Below the pieces are notes generated by a model, which saw only the letters and a program-made list of their open reading frames with translations, ran no database searches and had not been told where the DNA came from. Made by a program: the position numbers and the translations under genes. From positions 15,996,001 through 16,060,000 of the forward strand of contig NC_045727.1 of assembly GCF_009834535.1 (NCBI RefSeq): DNA of 64,000 nucleotides, given 5' to 3'. Below are positions 11,951-24,319 of this stretch, one piece after another. The DNA is from Camelus ferus. Lineage: Eukaryota. Positions within the stretch are counted from its first letter, which is position 1. Each line of letters starts with the position of its first letter.

Positions 11951-13469
11951 ATAAAGTGGAAGCCTATCCTGAACCAGCCCTCACCTGGCCTCACCAGGGC
12001 AGCTCCCCCCAGTTTCTTCTGGGCACCTCCATAGCCACATGGAACACGGTTTGCTCACCCCTCCCCGATGCTCTCCTGGCCTCCCTTAGAAAGGCAACCG
12101 AAACTCTAGAATTCTTAACATCTCCTGGTCCCTGGCAACACGGATGATGCCAAAAATATATATAAGACGTGGGCTTTCTAGTTCATATGTGCCAAATGCA
12201 GTGGCCAAAAGCCGGTCAGAGATCAGAGCGGGGAGAAGGTTGACTGTGTAGACTGGGAGGACTCCAGGGGGAGGCCAACCGGGTAACATTGGGCAAATGC
12301 ATCATTTCCTGCTGTTATAACAATAAAACTCCCAGTCCTGTGAGACGCTCTGCGATGGAGAAAGAAAACCGTTTCAATCTAATAGGTCTGGGAAATTTGG
12401 ACGAATTCCTTTTGGAGAGTCACAACGTATATCAGAAGTTCAAGTCACTGACAAGGCCTGCAGCAATGACATCCGTTGGAATCCTAGCTTTTGTCATATG
12501 TTCAACGGTGGATTTGAGCTAAGGTAATTTTAGCCAGAAGTTTCTGTTGTTTTAAGCTGGAAGTCAAGAGGTCCTTTGTTTGTCTCCTCATGACTCCCAG
12601 CAAAGTAGAGGAGAGTGATGGGGACACCAGCATCTGTTGGGAGTTTGTCACGACTCCAACCCAGGACTGTGTACTCCACACAATCTGTCTCATTTGATTT
12701 CCACAGTGATCCTATGAGGTGTGTGCTATGATGACCCCCGTTCTGCAGATGAGAAAACTGAGGTTAGAATGATTCTCTCATGTCCATGTGTCTAGGGAAG
12801 TCACCTTTTCCAGGGCTTTGAGCTCCAGCCCTTTGGCTCCACGCCACCACATCCTACTGCCCGGGAGTTTAGGTGTGCTTCGCATACCTTTTTCCTACCC
12901 AGCCCCTCCTTTCCCCCTAATCTGCTCTCTGCTCCCCCACCATCACAGACCCCTATGGGAACCAAGAAGTTAACCTCTCCCTCCTGTTTGCCCGGACTCA
13001 AGTTCATTACGCTGACTAATTGCTTCAAAGTCAGCGATTCCACCATCGTTAATGGAAAACGTATCTGCAAGTAATAGATTAATTGGCCACTTGTGTGATC
13101 AGCTCGGAACCAGAGGACCACTGGGCACGCTGGACCCACCTGACCAGTCCTGCTGGAACCAGGAATGTGAGCCAGAGGCTGGACTCAAGGGGACTTGGGG
13201 GGCATCTGGAGTTTCACTGACCATCACCTTTAGAAAAGCCTGCCAGTCAGTTCTGCCCCTAAGGAGATACATTCTGCATCCTTCTCAAAACATTAAAATG
13301 CAAGTGTGTTAACTTGAAAAGAATGAAAATCTTATCAGCATAATGAGCCACCAAATATCAGAACACCAACACACCGGCTTCCCCAGAACGAGGGAGGAGA
13401 GGAGCTTTCCTCAGAAGGTTTAAAGTCTTTAGTTATAAAGCAATAGTAACCCGTTTGCACACTAGCTGG

Positions 13470-13640
13470 GTGCCATCACTGCCTTGTCTCACTGAATCCC
13501 AGCAACAGCTCATGAGTTAGATGCTATCATTACTCCATTTTACAGAAGGGAAACGGGGCTCAGAGAGATGCAGCAACCTGCCCAAGGTCACACAGCAGGG
13601 AGGTAAAAGAAGTGGCCTGGGGGAAACCGAAGGTCTGAGT
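13470..13640 (-). mobile_element. MIR SINE
   Basis: ccattttacagaagggaaacggggctcagagagatgcagcaacctgcccaaggtcacacagc. Confidence 0.85.
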
Positions 13641-13699
13641 GACCCCCACACCAGATCTTTTAGCCTCTGTTCCAAGGTCAGCAAATGAAAGGCCTGCAT

Positions 13700-13870
13700 G
13701 GGCTGAATCCCGGCCCAGGGCTTGTGTCTGTAAATAAAGTTTTATTGGTGCACAGCCACACCCATTTATTTACATATTATCTTCCCACCACAACAGCTGA
13801 AGGAGTAGTTACAACAAAGTTTGAAATATTTACTATCAGCCCCTTTGCAGAAAAAGTTTGCTGACAGCTG
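13700..13870. mobile_element. MER58-like hAT-Charlie element
   Basis: gtaaataaagttttattggtgcacagccacacccatt...gcccctttgcagaaaaagtttgctgac. Confidence 0.85.
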
Positions 13871-14819
13871 CCAGACCAAGTGACCCTTCCCAGCAGGTGG
13901 GACTTGCCCCTGATGGAAGTGAGAGTTAGTAAGATGGGAGCAGGGGCTGGCGTGAACCTGGAGATGTCAAGGAAATCCGGTCTCCAGGATTTGCTGATGG
14001 TCCCCGGACTATAAGGAAGGTCTCTGTGAGTCTGGAAGCAGAGAGGGGAGCTTAAAATTGGGGAGAACCAGAGGCAAATGAAAAAGTGCTTAGCAGGCAC
14101 ACAGTAGGCACTCAACAGACATCTGGGAGAGGAAGGAAGAACACAGCTGGAGTCCAAGAGGTCAAACCACCCGCTGCCTCCTTGCTCCCCAGCTGGGGAT
14201 GGGCGGGTTTTACAGGCTGCAGTCGCTGGAGGCTGTAAAAACACGAGGGCTTTTTTCCTTTAAGTCTCCCCTGTAAGTCACCTCAAAGCATTTCCCTGAT
14301 CGATTGGCTCTTCTCCTCCTTGTAGGAGCCCTCCCCAGGGAACTGTTTGCCGAAAGGAATCGGCCAGTGTGCATTTAGTCACCTCTATCTGACCCAGGAG
14401 ATAAATTTCTCTTAGTTTGGTTTTTCCGCCGGGAGGGGGGATCCTGGGAGGCCCACTCCGCACCGGGCCAATGTCGGAGACCTCGCTAATTCACAGGCTG
14501 ATTATTCCAAATGGGAGCTGATAGGAAGGCGGAGGGCGGGAGAGGGCTGAGGTTCCCTGGGAAAAGCGGGTTTCTCTAAGAAAAGGAACAGGGTTTGTAA
14601 AGGCATGATGGCAAAGGTGCATTTGAGCTGCCTCAAAGCATCAAGCCTCCCTCTGGGGACTCAGTGGGCCATTAGTCGGGGCAGCATGAGCAGGGAAAAG
14701 ACAGGTCCTCTCTGTGAGAGTGACGTCAAGCTGGACAGAGAAGGGGTGCATATGCATGGTGTATCCTGGAGGCCACGTGTTTTGGTTGAAAACCCTGGGT
14801 TTCCATCCCAGCAGCAGGA

Positions 14820-14990
14820 TCCTGGGTGAACTGCTTCCATTCTGAGCCTCAGTTTCTTCCTCTGTGATACAGACATAATCAAGCCGACCTCACAGCTCCT
14901 AACCTCCTAAAATGGTCTTGCGAATTCAATGACCTTCTGCATTTAAGGAAAGGGCTTAGCACATGGCAAGTCTCAGTAAAGGTCCTACCC
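14820..14990 (+). mobile_element. MIR SINE
   Basis: ctgagcctcagtttcttcctctgtga...gggcttagcacatggc. Confidence 0.65.
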
Positions 14991-15499
14991 TATTATTATC
15001 GTTGTCATTATTTGGCTGATGCAGAAAAGCGTACACTGTGATGCATACACCTACCCTGCTAGACCCCCTCCCACCAAGGCACATGGTTGGTTGAGCCCAC
15101 TGTCCCCAGCTTCTGCATCCCCTAGAGAAAGCTGTCCCGCTGGTGGTCAGACCTTTCCAGAAGAAACCACCGGCTTCCCCACAGATGTAGATTCTGTGCC
15201 CAGAGGTCCTGAACCCCTTCATTAATAAATTTCCTTCCCCACATTCAAAGACTCCTCTTTCCAGGCTCAGGGTGGATCCTTTGAGATGCTGTGAAGTCAG
15301 CCCTTCTGAGAAGGATTACGCTCCTCAACCTGCCCCTCCCCCTGGGGGACAACGGGTAGGTGGCAACGCTTGACCCAAGGAAGCCATCACAAGGAGACAG
15401 TGCAGGCACTACAGCCTTGGTGAGGAGGGTTTGTTTTTTGTTTTTTTTTTTTTTTTGGAGCGGGCTGGTGCCTCTGACCTCCACTCCAGCATAGCAATT

Positions 15500-15700
15500 A
15501 AGGGCCCGGCATCAGACAGACCACCTTTCCAATCCCAGGTCTATCACATTTTAGCCCACCTGGTGGTTGAATCTCTGTAAGCCTCAGTTTCCTTGTCAGT
15601 AAAATGGGGACAAGAGTTGCATCAGCCGCCTGGTTTGACCATGAGGTTAACAGAGGTAATACATTACAAAACCCTGGACTCACAGGCTCGCACACTGTCC
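15500..15700 (+). mobile_element. MIR SINE
   Basis: aatctctgtaagcctcagtttccttgtcagtaaaatgggg. Confidence 0.75.
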
Positions 15701-16026
15701 ATGCCCTGTAAAGCATAGATATCACCATGAACCAAGAGCTTCCGACTGCAGGTCCAATGCCATGACCTTTAACCCCAGTTTGGCCACAAGCTAACTGATG
15801 ACCTTGGGCAAGTGCTTCCTGGCCTCAGTTTACCCATTCTGCTCTCCGAAGGCCCCCTTCCCGCTGGGAGTCCACTAGGCTACAGCAGGTTCCATCCTCC
15901 GATGCATTTTCGCTCCTGAATTTCTACAAACCTCCGTCTGAATAGGAGGGCTGCCTATTCACTAGGAGCAAAAATGAGGGGTTTTTCCAAGCCAGGATTC
16001 ACCCCATGTCCTCTGCTTCTTTGAAA

Positions 16027-16053
16027 CACATACACACACACACACACACACAC
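16027..16053. repeat. (CA)n microsatellite
   Basis: cacatacacacacacacacacacacac. Confidence 0.95.
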
Positions 16054-16139
16054 CCTGGCAGAAGAGCCATCTCCCGCTGCCTTCATCCTTCCCTGCCCCC
16101 ATCACATGTTCATCCAGAAGTCCTTGTCAGAATATCCCC

Positions 16140-16910
16140 CCCGGGACCAGCAGGTGGGAAATGTCATTTTGGATCCATTACTAGAGCTCGAAGGTGCTTA
16201 GAGATGATCAACACCAATTCCGACTCCCATCCAGGGAGGCGGGGCAGCCGGAAGCAGCCAGGTGTCTCTGGCCAGGGGACCAGTGTCGGCCACCCCAAGC
16301 TGCCAGGTACCACCGCCCGGGGCGGGGGCGGGCAAAGAGGGCTGTCTGGGGGCCGGGGANNNNNNNNNNNNNNNNNNNNNNNNNNNNNNNNNNNNNNNNN
16401 NNNNNNNNNNNNNNNNNNNNNNNNNNNNNNNNNNNNNNNNNNNNNNNNNNNNNNNNNNNNNNNNNNNNNNNNNNNNNNNNNNNNNNNNNNNNNNNNNNNN
16501 NNNNNNNNNNNNNNNNNNNNNNNNNNNNNNNNNNNNNNNNNNNNNNNNNNNNNNNGGCAGAGATGCTGGCAGCCAGCTCTCCTGGAGCAGCGGCTCCTGC
16601 CCCCATGTCCTCGGGCAGCCTTCTGTGGCATCATCAACCTGTCGATAACTAGCTCTCACCCAGCCTGCCAGACCTCGCCTCGGCCCTCCGCCGGCCCCCA
16701 TGGCTCCAGGGAAAAGAGAAAGCAAGAGAGACAAAGCTGTCCGCAAGCAGGCTGTGCCCCTCGCGCCTAGCAGCCCGGCAGGCTAGGGTGGTGCCAGGGG
16801 CTGGGCTCCCTTCCCGCTGGCTGCACCCAAAACGCGAGGCATAAGAGAGATCCTCCCAGCCTGGGGCTGACAGACAGCTTGTTAGGCTCCCAGACGGCGA
16901 GTGCCCTGAG
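16140..16910. promoter_or_regulatory. CpG/GC-rich island with GC boxes, interrupted by a gap
   Basis: GC-rich on both sides of the gap; GGGGCGGGG at 16319-16327; retained CpGs. Confidence 0.5.
16360..16555. other. Assembly gap (196 N)
   Basis: Run of N directly after a G-tract array. Confidence 0.99.
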
Positions 16911-17239
16911 CCTGGCTTTTTGACAACTGTCACTCACATAGGGCACAGGGGACAATGCCCTCGTGCCTCCCACTGGTGGCACCTTCCTCCCCCTCCTCCT
17001 GCCTTGTTGCGGTGGGCTCTGGTTACCCCACTTATAGGCTGTGTGACCTTGGACAAGTCACTTGGCCTCTCTGGGCCTCAAGTGCCTCATCTGGAAATTG
17101 GAGATAAAAACATTTACACAGGTTGTCAAGAGGATTCCAAGGTACATAGGCTTGTAAATCCTTACCACTGGCCAACGTCCAGCCCGCAATCATGTGTAAT
17201 CATATTGTATCTGTATCATTATCATTATTAACTCTAGAA

Positions 17240-17698
17240 TCGTGCTACTCAAAGTATGGTCCACGGGCCGGGCCAGGTCTTAAAGTATTTGTTACCTATG
17301 CACAGTGAGGTATGTACAGGGGAAGAGAGTAAATATTAAGAAACTTTGGTAGTAATTAGACAGCAATTTGATATGGATTGAATCTAATGATTAAAAAAAA
17401 GCAGGGTCCTGGATTTTGTGCCTATTTTAATTTTTCACTTCATATTTATAAAATTCATTCTTTTTTGGTTTTGGCAGGGGGAGGTAATTAAGTTTATTTA
17501 TTTTTAGAGGAGGTACTGGGGACTGAACTCAGGACCTCATGTATGCTAAGCATGTGCTCTACCTCTTGAGCTATAACCTCCCCCCTATAAATTCATTCTT
17601 TACTGAACTTTACAGCAGTGTCGTTCTGCAATGGATTGGAAATTAAAAAAAAAAAAAAAAATACTGGTCCTTCAGCACAGGTAGCTTGAGAAGCAGTG
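17240..17698. mobile_element. hAT-Charlie (Charlie4-like) DNA transposon, interrupted by a SINE
   Basis: Left end gtgctactcaaagtatggtccacgg; right end tactggtccttcagcacaggtagcttgagaagcagtg. Confidence 0.65.
17464..17585 (-). mobile_element. Camelid-type tRNA-derived SINE
   Basis: Minus strand GGGGGAGGTTATAGCTCAAGAGGTAGAGCACATGCTTAGCATACATGAGGTCCTGAGTTCAGTCCCCAGTACCTCC with A/B boxes, A-rich tail and 13-bp TSD aaattcattcttt. Confidence 0.9.
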
Positions 17699-17840
17699 TT
17701 CTCAACAAACTTATCACACGAATCCCGGGAGGGCTTGTTAAAATCTAGATGCTGATTCCGCGGACCTAGGTGGCACCTGAAAGCCTGCATCTCTAACAAG
17801 GGCCCAACGGATGCAGATGATGCTGGTCCAGACACTGCAT
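17695..17840. mobile_element. MER5A-like hAT-Charlie element
   Basis: gggagggcttgttaaaatctagatgctgattcc...ctgcatctctaacaag...gatgctggtcc. Confidence 0.8.
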
Positions 17841-18259
17841 GGTGGAGGGGAGCCTGATGCTTTATCCCCTCCCTGACCCAGTCCCTCCAGTCTCTCCTAC
17901 ACCACAGATGCTGCCTCCTAGTCCTCCTGCGGCTAGGTGCTCACCAAGGCCTCCAGGCACGGAGGCTCCAGCTCAGACCCCACACCGACAGAGGCATTTG
18001 TCAGGAGTCCGGAGAGCAGCAGCAGCAGCCAACAACTAACAGGTGTTGAAACCGATACTATGTGCCAGGCTCTGTGTGCGTAGCACTAGGATGCCCTTGC
18101 CCAGCACGCCAGCTGCAGCTCTTCTCACTGCAAGTCCTTGAGACAATGCCTGTCAGTCCCCAGCATGACGCCAGGCAGTCAGCACTCAACCAATGGTAGC
18201 TGTTATCACTTTACTATATGACTGCACTTCCTCCTCACAGCACCTCCTTAAGACAAGGG

Positions 18260-18720
18260 TGTATGAGTTAGCTATTGCTGTGTAACAAACCAAATCGAAA
18301 CCTAGCAGCTAAAAATAAGACACATTTAGCCATTGTTGCCCTTGAGTCTATTACTCTGCTGGATCTCCTGCTTTTCTGGGTCTGCCTTGGCACATATTGG
18401 CTGGCTCTCTTATGCATCTGTGGTCACCTGGGTTGCAGGGGTTTTACAATGGCCTCAGCTGGGACAGCTCGTATCTGCTCCATGTGGCCTCTCATCCTCT
18501 AATAGGTTAGTCTGAACTTCTCCTTATGGGAGTGGAGAACAGAGTGAAAATAGCTTCTCAGGACCTACACTCAAGACTGTCACACCATCACCTTCACTAT
18601 GCCTTGTTGGCCAAAATAAGTCACACAAGTCACACAGCCCGAAATCAAGAGGTGGGGGAAAAGACTCCACTCCGAGATGGGAGGAGCTGCGAAACCACAT
18701 GGCAAGGGACATGAATACAA
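18260..18720 (-). mobile_element. MaLR solo LTR (MLT1G/H-like)
   Basis: gagttagctattgctgtgtaacaaacc...ttgttggccaaaataagtcac...ccacatggcaagggacatgaataca. Confidence 0.8.
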
Positions 18721-19599
18721 AGAGCAAGGGGAGATTCAGGGCCAGTTTTACAGGCTTATCCTTATCCCTCTTTCTAGATGAGGATACTGAGGGTCAGAGA
18801 GGTTCAGAGACTTGCCTGAGATCAGACAGCAGCTAGAAAGGAACAGAGCCAAGCTCCGACTGGACTCAAAACTGCTCTGAACCTCTCTTCCAGACTCTTC
18901 TCTGTGCGCAAAAAAGGAAAAAAAAATACATTTTGGTAACTCAATTCACCAAAAGAAGAGGATTTTCAAATATTTTGACATCTCCAGTGGAGGTTTTGCC
19001 TGCTCGGGCTTCTGGGCCACCCCCTGCCCTCTAATCACAGGCCTGTTTTCCATCACCTGCTCTCCTCTTTCCTCCTGGGCCCTGCGGCTTCAGGCAATTT
19101 ATCTTTCCCTCTTTTTTTTAATGGTCTCTTTAACACACGGGTTTTCTAACGAGACAAATCGAAGGGCTTGGGCGACAAGCAGAGCTTGCATGTGCTCATG
19201 GGAGGGGGTGCGGTGAGAAGCAAAAGGGAGTCCAGAGAAGAGACATGCACAGGCTGAGTGGTCCCCAAATTCCAGAACTGGGAAATAGTGTATCTTCAGG
19301 CACCCTATTTGCCCATCCTTGTCCCTCAAATCTAGCAGCTCTTGTCCTGGCTTCCCCAGATTCCCATAGTCCTGAAAATGACTACAGAATCCCTTTGGAA
19401 TTAGTTGCAGTAGTATGGCTAGCCTAGAGACCCAGGCAGTCTGGAAAACTTTACTTTTTTGTAAGTGAGTATAATGTCTGTCCAAGCCTGTGTTCTGCCA
19501 GATGGCAGAAATACAATTATAGTTCATTCAGGGTCCTCTGCCTCCTTCTTCCAGGGCTCTGTCTAAACTCTAGAAAGATTACGGTATCCCAACTTGAAT

Positions 19600-20095
19600 G
19601 CGTCAGTTATCAGCTGCTGCTACCCCAAAACACAGTGGCTAAAAATGATAATAAACTTTTATTAGGTCCTATAGTTTCTGTAGGTCAGAAATTCACAAGT
19701 AGTTAGCCGGGTAGTCTGGCCCCAGGTGTCTCGTGAGACTGCAGTCAGATATAAGCTGGGGCTGCAGGCTCATCTGAAGGCTTGATTGGGGCTGGAGGCT
19801 CCATTTCCAAGGTGGTTCACTCACCTGGCTGTTGGCCAGGAGCCTCTCATCTTTCTATGTGGGCATCTTCACAACATATGTCCTCCCAAAATGGCTTTTT
19901 CTCAGAGCAAGAAACCTAAGATAATTACATGGAAGCTGCAAGGTCCTTTGTGACCTGCTCTCCAAAGTCACACATCACTTCTGCTGCGCAATACTGATCA
20001 CACAGACAATCCTGGTTTAATGAAGGGCAGAAGGCATGAAGGTATAAATTCCAGGAGGCGAGGCTTCCTGAATGGCCATCAGGAGTGGCAGTCAT
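19600..20095 (-). mobile_element. MaLR solo LTR (MLT1F-like)
   Basis: taccccaaaacacagtggctaaaa...catctgaaggcttgattggggctggaggctccatttccaaggtgg. Confidence 0.8.
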
Positions 20096-21649
20096 CTTAT
20101 CTTATTCTTGGCTTCTGCTGGGATGTCATTGCACACGTGTGGCTCATGGTACTTCACAGATACCCTAATTCACTCCTGACCCCAAGCCTTCCCTACCCTT
20201 TCTCAGGATGCACCAGTGTCCCTGTCCCCTTCACTTTCCACCTAATTCTGTTCTGCAGCTCAGGGAATCTTTTCTAGGCTTAGGGACAGAGCTGATTCAC
20301 TTTTACATCCTTCCAAATCTTTTGTCATATGCCCAGTCTTTGGCTGGCTTTTAAAATTCAAAAGCCAAGATTGGATTCCTTCCTTCTCTGAGTTCTGCTG
20401 TGTCATTCTTTCCCCGAGGCAATGCATGCTGCATGGTTGGGATGCTGCCTGAGTGAGGAGACTGGCCACAGGACATAAATAAATGCACAGGATTTTTTTT
20501 TTTAAAGAGGAACTCAGTTAATATTTCAAAATATTTTCCTGCCATGCTGTAAAACACTGTGTTCATGTAAGTTGCCTTTTTCATTTCTGCTGATTTTCTC
20601 TGTGACCCAGTAAGAAATACACCATATGTCCCTATTTTATAGACGAAGAAACAGGGTCAGAGAGGTTGGATGGCTTGCGAGGCCCACATCCCGGGCATAA
20701 GTGGGACAGAACCCCGTGTTTTCTGACCCCAGGGCAGCACCCTGGCCACAAATGCACTACTTTCCAATGTCCTCTGCCTTCTTTCCCCCCTGAAATCTGC
20801 TTTCTTCAAGATGTTTCCCCAGCCACTGAAAAGGTACACTCGTGGAACATGATGACCTTTCTTGGGCATCTTGACCAGACGTAAGAATTCTCTTAAGTTA
20901 AAGAGAAGGTGCTTGGATGGTGGCACTTTAGGCACAGGCACAAGTGGCAGAGGACCTGAAGGGTCACTGGACCAGCCACATAGTCCTGAAATTACACACC
21001 AGGCAGTGTCTTGCCTCACCCACAGGTGCGTCTGACCTTCCAGGCAAGGAGGATCAGCTACGGAAGGCAAGAGAAACAGATGGACTTACAGACAGAGCAG
21101 CAGGAGGGAAAAAAAAAAAGCAGTGGGAGTGACCCACTCCATCCTCTTACAACAAAGGACCTCTCCAAAAAGAGTGTCAGCATCTGAATTCGATACCAGC
21201 TCTAGAAGGTTATTAAGTTTGAACTTCTAATGAAGAACAGATGGGAAATGGAAGAAAAACAAAGATCAAAATATGCTTTCCATATTTCTTGCCTAAATGA
21301 AAGAATTGTCAGGAACCATCGACTCCCTTTTTCATGGTGTCACATCCACCCAGTGGGATTCCCGAGTCAGCAAAGGGTGTTTCCCCTCTGGATCCAGGTT
21401 TGGCTACCACAAGCAGACAAGGCAGTGGTTTGTATGCTGTCCCTGGAGCGTGAAGGTGGTCACCCCACCAGCTCCCCGAGAGTCTGAAGGTCTATCACAT
21501 GAGCGATGCAAGGCACAGACTTCAGAGGCACGTCAACCTGCATTCAAATTCTGAATCTGCCATTGTCTGCGTGACTTCAGGCAGGTTATTCAACCTCTCT
21601 GGATCTCAGTTTCCTCATCCACAAGGATCTTTAATGATTTAAATAAATT

Positions 21650-21875
21650 AGTGTATATATAAAATAGATAAACAACAAGGTCCCACTGTACAGCACAGGG
21701 AACTATATTCAATACCTTGTAATTGCCTATAATGAAAAAGAATATGGAAAGGAATATACATATATATATGTAAGTGAACCATGATGCTGTACACAGGAAA
21801 CTAACACAACATTGTAAACTGACTATACTTCAATAAAAAATACAATATTAAAAAATAAAATAAAATCATGTTATT
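21650..21875 (+). mobile_element. Younger L1 3' UTR with A-rich tail (laurasiatherian type)
   Basis: aacaacaaggtcccactgtacagcacagggaactatattcaatacc...cattgtaaactgactatacttcaataaaaaa. Confidence 0.9.
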
Positions 21876-21989
21876 GATATTCATATCAATTACGTCCTGA
21901 GTGTGACGCTTAGTATATCTATTAATAAAACTTGGGTTTTCCTCTTTAAAAAATTAACGTAGAGGAATAGTCTTATGGTAACTACTAAA

Positions 21990-22350
21990 ATACGACATGA
22001 TAGTTGCAGTAAAGATGGTACTATGTGTTCATCAAATGCTGTTCCATATTCATCCTTCCTGGACACACAGAAAACTTACCCCCTTCTGGGTAAGTGGGGT
22101 CATGTGATTGGTCCTATGCGTGGGCATAACAAGCATCACTTCCAAGCTGGCAGTTCTCTTGCCCTCTGTTAATACAGGAGGCCTTGTGTTGAAATGGGGA
22201 AACACAGATTTAAGGAGCCTGGATCACTGAGCCACCACACAGAGTACAGCTGCCCAAGGCCCAGAGTGGATTTTACAAAATGAGCTTTGCTTACGAGGCT
22301 TTCTTGAGCTCATCTGCTTATGAAGCAGCCCAGCTTATCCTGACTAATTC
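21990..22350 (+). mobile_element. MaLR solo LTR (MLT1J-like)
   Basis: ggggtcatgtgattggtcc...ggagcctggatcactgagccacc...cagcccagcttatcctgactaattca. Confidence 0.7.
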
Positions 22351-23262
22351 AGCAGCATTGTTGTTAGTGTTGTGTGGTATCTGGAAGACCCCTATTTAAA
22401 TTCAAATAGGTTACCTAGGATTGTTAACTGACTAACTGACCCACATGGAATGTGTGGATGGTTTATTCAGATCCCTGTTGGGAGCAGGGGATGATATGGC
22501 AGGTTGATTTGAAGGAAAAGGGGATAGAAAGGGTTTATCACAGGGAACCATAGAGTCTGTCCAAACCCAGTGGTCTCAGAGTATCCTAGTCCTCTCATAT
22601 CAGATACATGATGTCATCCTATCTACATCACTGCCCCTCATCCCCCACTCCATCCATCATGCACCCAGCTCTTAACCACCCAGCATCATTTCACTCTCCT
22701 GGCCACAAGCTGGCCGCTCCAACCTGATGGCAGGTTTAGCTGCTCTAGTTTTGACCTTGACACGGCCAGTACATGACACTGCATCCTAGCACCTCCACCG
22801 TCACACTCCCACCCCTGGTGCTCTGCCTCAGTATGGACCAGTATCTCAGAAGAGGGACCTGGACACACTGGTTCAAAAAAATTTTTTCTTTCTTGGCATA
22901 ATTGAGCCAGAAAGTCTACATCCCAAGATCATCATGTCTAGAATCAAAGAAATGCAAAATCAAAGTGCTACAGAAGTTGAGGACAGAGCGCTAAAGAATC
23001 AAAGAAGACTAAAAACCATGGAATCATAAAAAAAAAAAACCACAGAACTACAGATCCCAGCTGAGCCTAAGTGGAAATTTAACATGTTAGGTCTGCTCTA
23101 CCCTCAGGCAGCTATTTGCATGAGCTGCAGTGCTTGAGGGCTGGGGGGTGAAGGAAGAGCAAGATTGTGCTTGGTTTCCAAGAGGATGGAAGACAAGGTA
23201 AGACCGTCTCTGAATCCTCTGGTTCCTAGAACCCCACCGGGAGACCTCTGCAGTCTTTCTCA

Positions 23263-23641
23263 TGATGCTACACTTATTTCTCGACCAAGAGTCTCCCCTT
23301 GAGCAAACTTGAGTCAGGGTCCTCTGAGCCCTCGTCTCAACTAGACCCTCACCTTGGCCCCCATTCTTGCTGGGCGCAGACCAGTCAGCTGTAGTAAGAA
23401 TCCTGCTCAGTCACTTTAGAGAGAACCCTTCATCCTTGATATCTGTGCCCTGGCCAGCCCTCAGCAAGAATCCCCTCCACCTTCGGTGTCTTCTCCTGGT
23501 AATTTAACATTCCCACCACCGCCCCAAACTTCTCCTTAGCTAAAAATCCCCACTGTTCTTTCTCGCGCCCCTATTAGAACAGTCCTGAATATAGTCTTAC
23601 TTGCCATTTTAACAAATTAGGAACTATTATTTTCTTTAACA
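23263..23641 (+). mobile_element. ERV1-class solo LTR (MER4 group)
   Basis: TG...CA ends; repeated agcaagaatcc / ccttgatatctg modules; terminus ttttctttaaca. Confidence 0.65.
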
Positions 23642-23769
23642 TTCTTCATCCAGTGCACTGTGATACAATGAGAGTCAAACTTCGTGCACGTGGAACACTT
23701 TTTCAAATAAAATCCAACAAGTAAAATGGACAGAGTTGCTCAGCTTGAAAGTAGGAAGTGAGCTTGAAG

Positions 23770-24317
23770 TCCTTCTGTGCACTTCATTTCTGAACCCCTT
23801 GGCAGACCTCACATTTCTGGGGATTCCAAGCATAGCTGGGAAACCACTGGGGAGGTGGAGCGACCAGTGAGCCGCATGGCTGGCATCTCAGCATCATTGC
23901 TGCTCCCCTGTATCCCACAGGCTAGAAGCCTGGAAACTATATTTTTCAACTCCCTTGCCAGCTCAGGTTCCCCCAGTGCGAAGTGTTCACGCAGTATTTA
24001 GAAAGTGGAAGAGGAGAAGAAGATACTATTCTTCCACCAGCCGTGGGCAAATGCATGGACTTGGGCAGAATGGAAACAAGGATTCTTCCAGCATCTTCTG
24101 GGTGTTCTCTGATAGACCACCTTCTTTGGTGCTTCAGGCCGCTGAGAGTATCAGTGCCAGTGCCCTGCGGTCACGGCACACCCTGCTTTCCCACGGGCTG
24201 CAGCAGCTCCCTGACTTCTCAACTGTTTCCTAAGCATTGAATGCCCTGTATTCAGTCTCTCCCTGCTTGAAATACCTGGAAGGGGTTCTGTTTTCCTGAT
24301 GCATCCTGACTAAAACA
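23770..24317 (+). mobile_element. ERVL-class solo LTR (LTR33-like)
   Basis: Terminus ctgcttgaaatacctggaaggggttctgttttcctgatgcatcctgactaaaaca. Confidence 0.65.
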
Positions 24318-24319
24318 GA

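Noticed and set aside
16006-16770. Several long ORFs (128-254 aa) across the 16.4-kb gap, and similar ORFs across the other gaps
   Set aside because: Their length comes from N runs translated as X; the real flanks match nothing I recognise
17464-17585. tRNA-like sequence (also 42922-43070)
   Set aside because: A/B boxes belong to SINE heads with A-rich tails and TSDs, not tRNA genes
18260-20095. Two same-orientation MLT1 LTRs about 900 bp apart as a possible intact MaLR provirus
   Set aside because: The LTRs look like different subfamilies and the spacer contains a MIR, which is older than MLT1, so it is not an internal region
23183-23197. 15-nt plus-strand micro-exon pattern (ccaag|AGGATGGAAGACAAG|gtaaga)
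   Set aside because: Weak AAG acceptor, short pyrimidine tract and no host gene; such patterns are expected by chance in 64 kb
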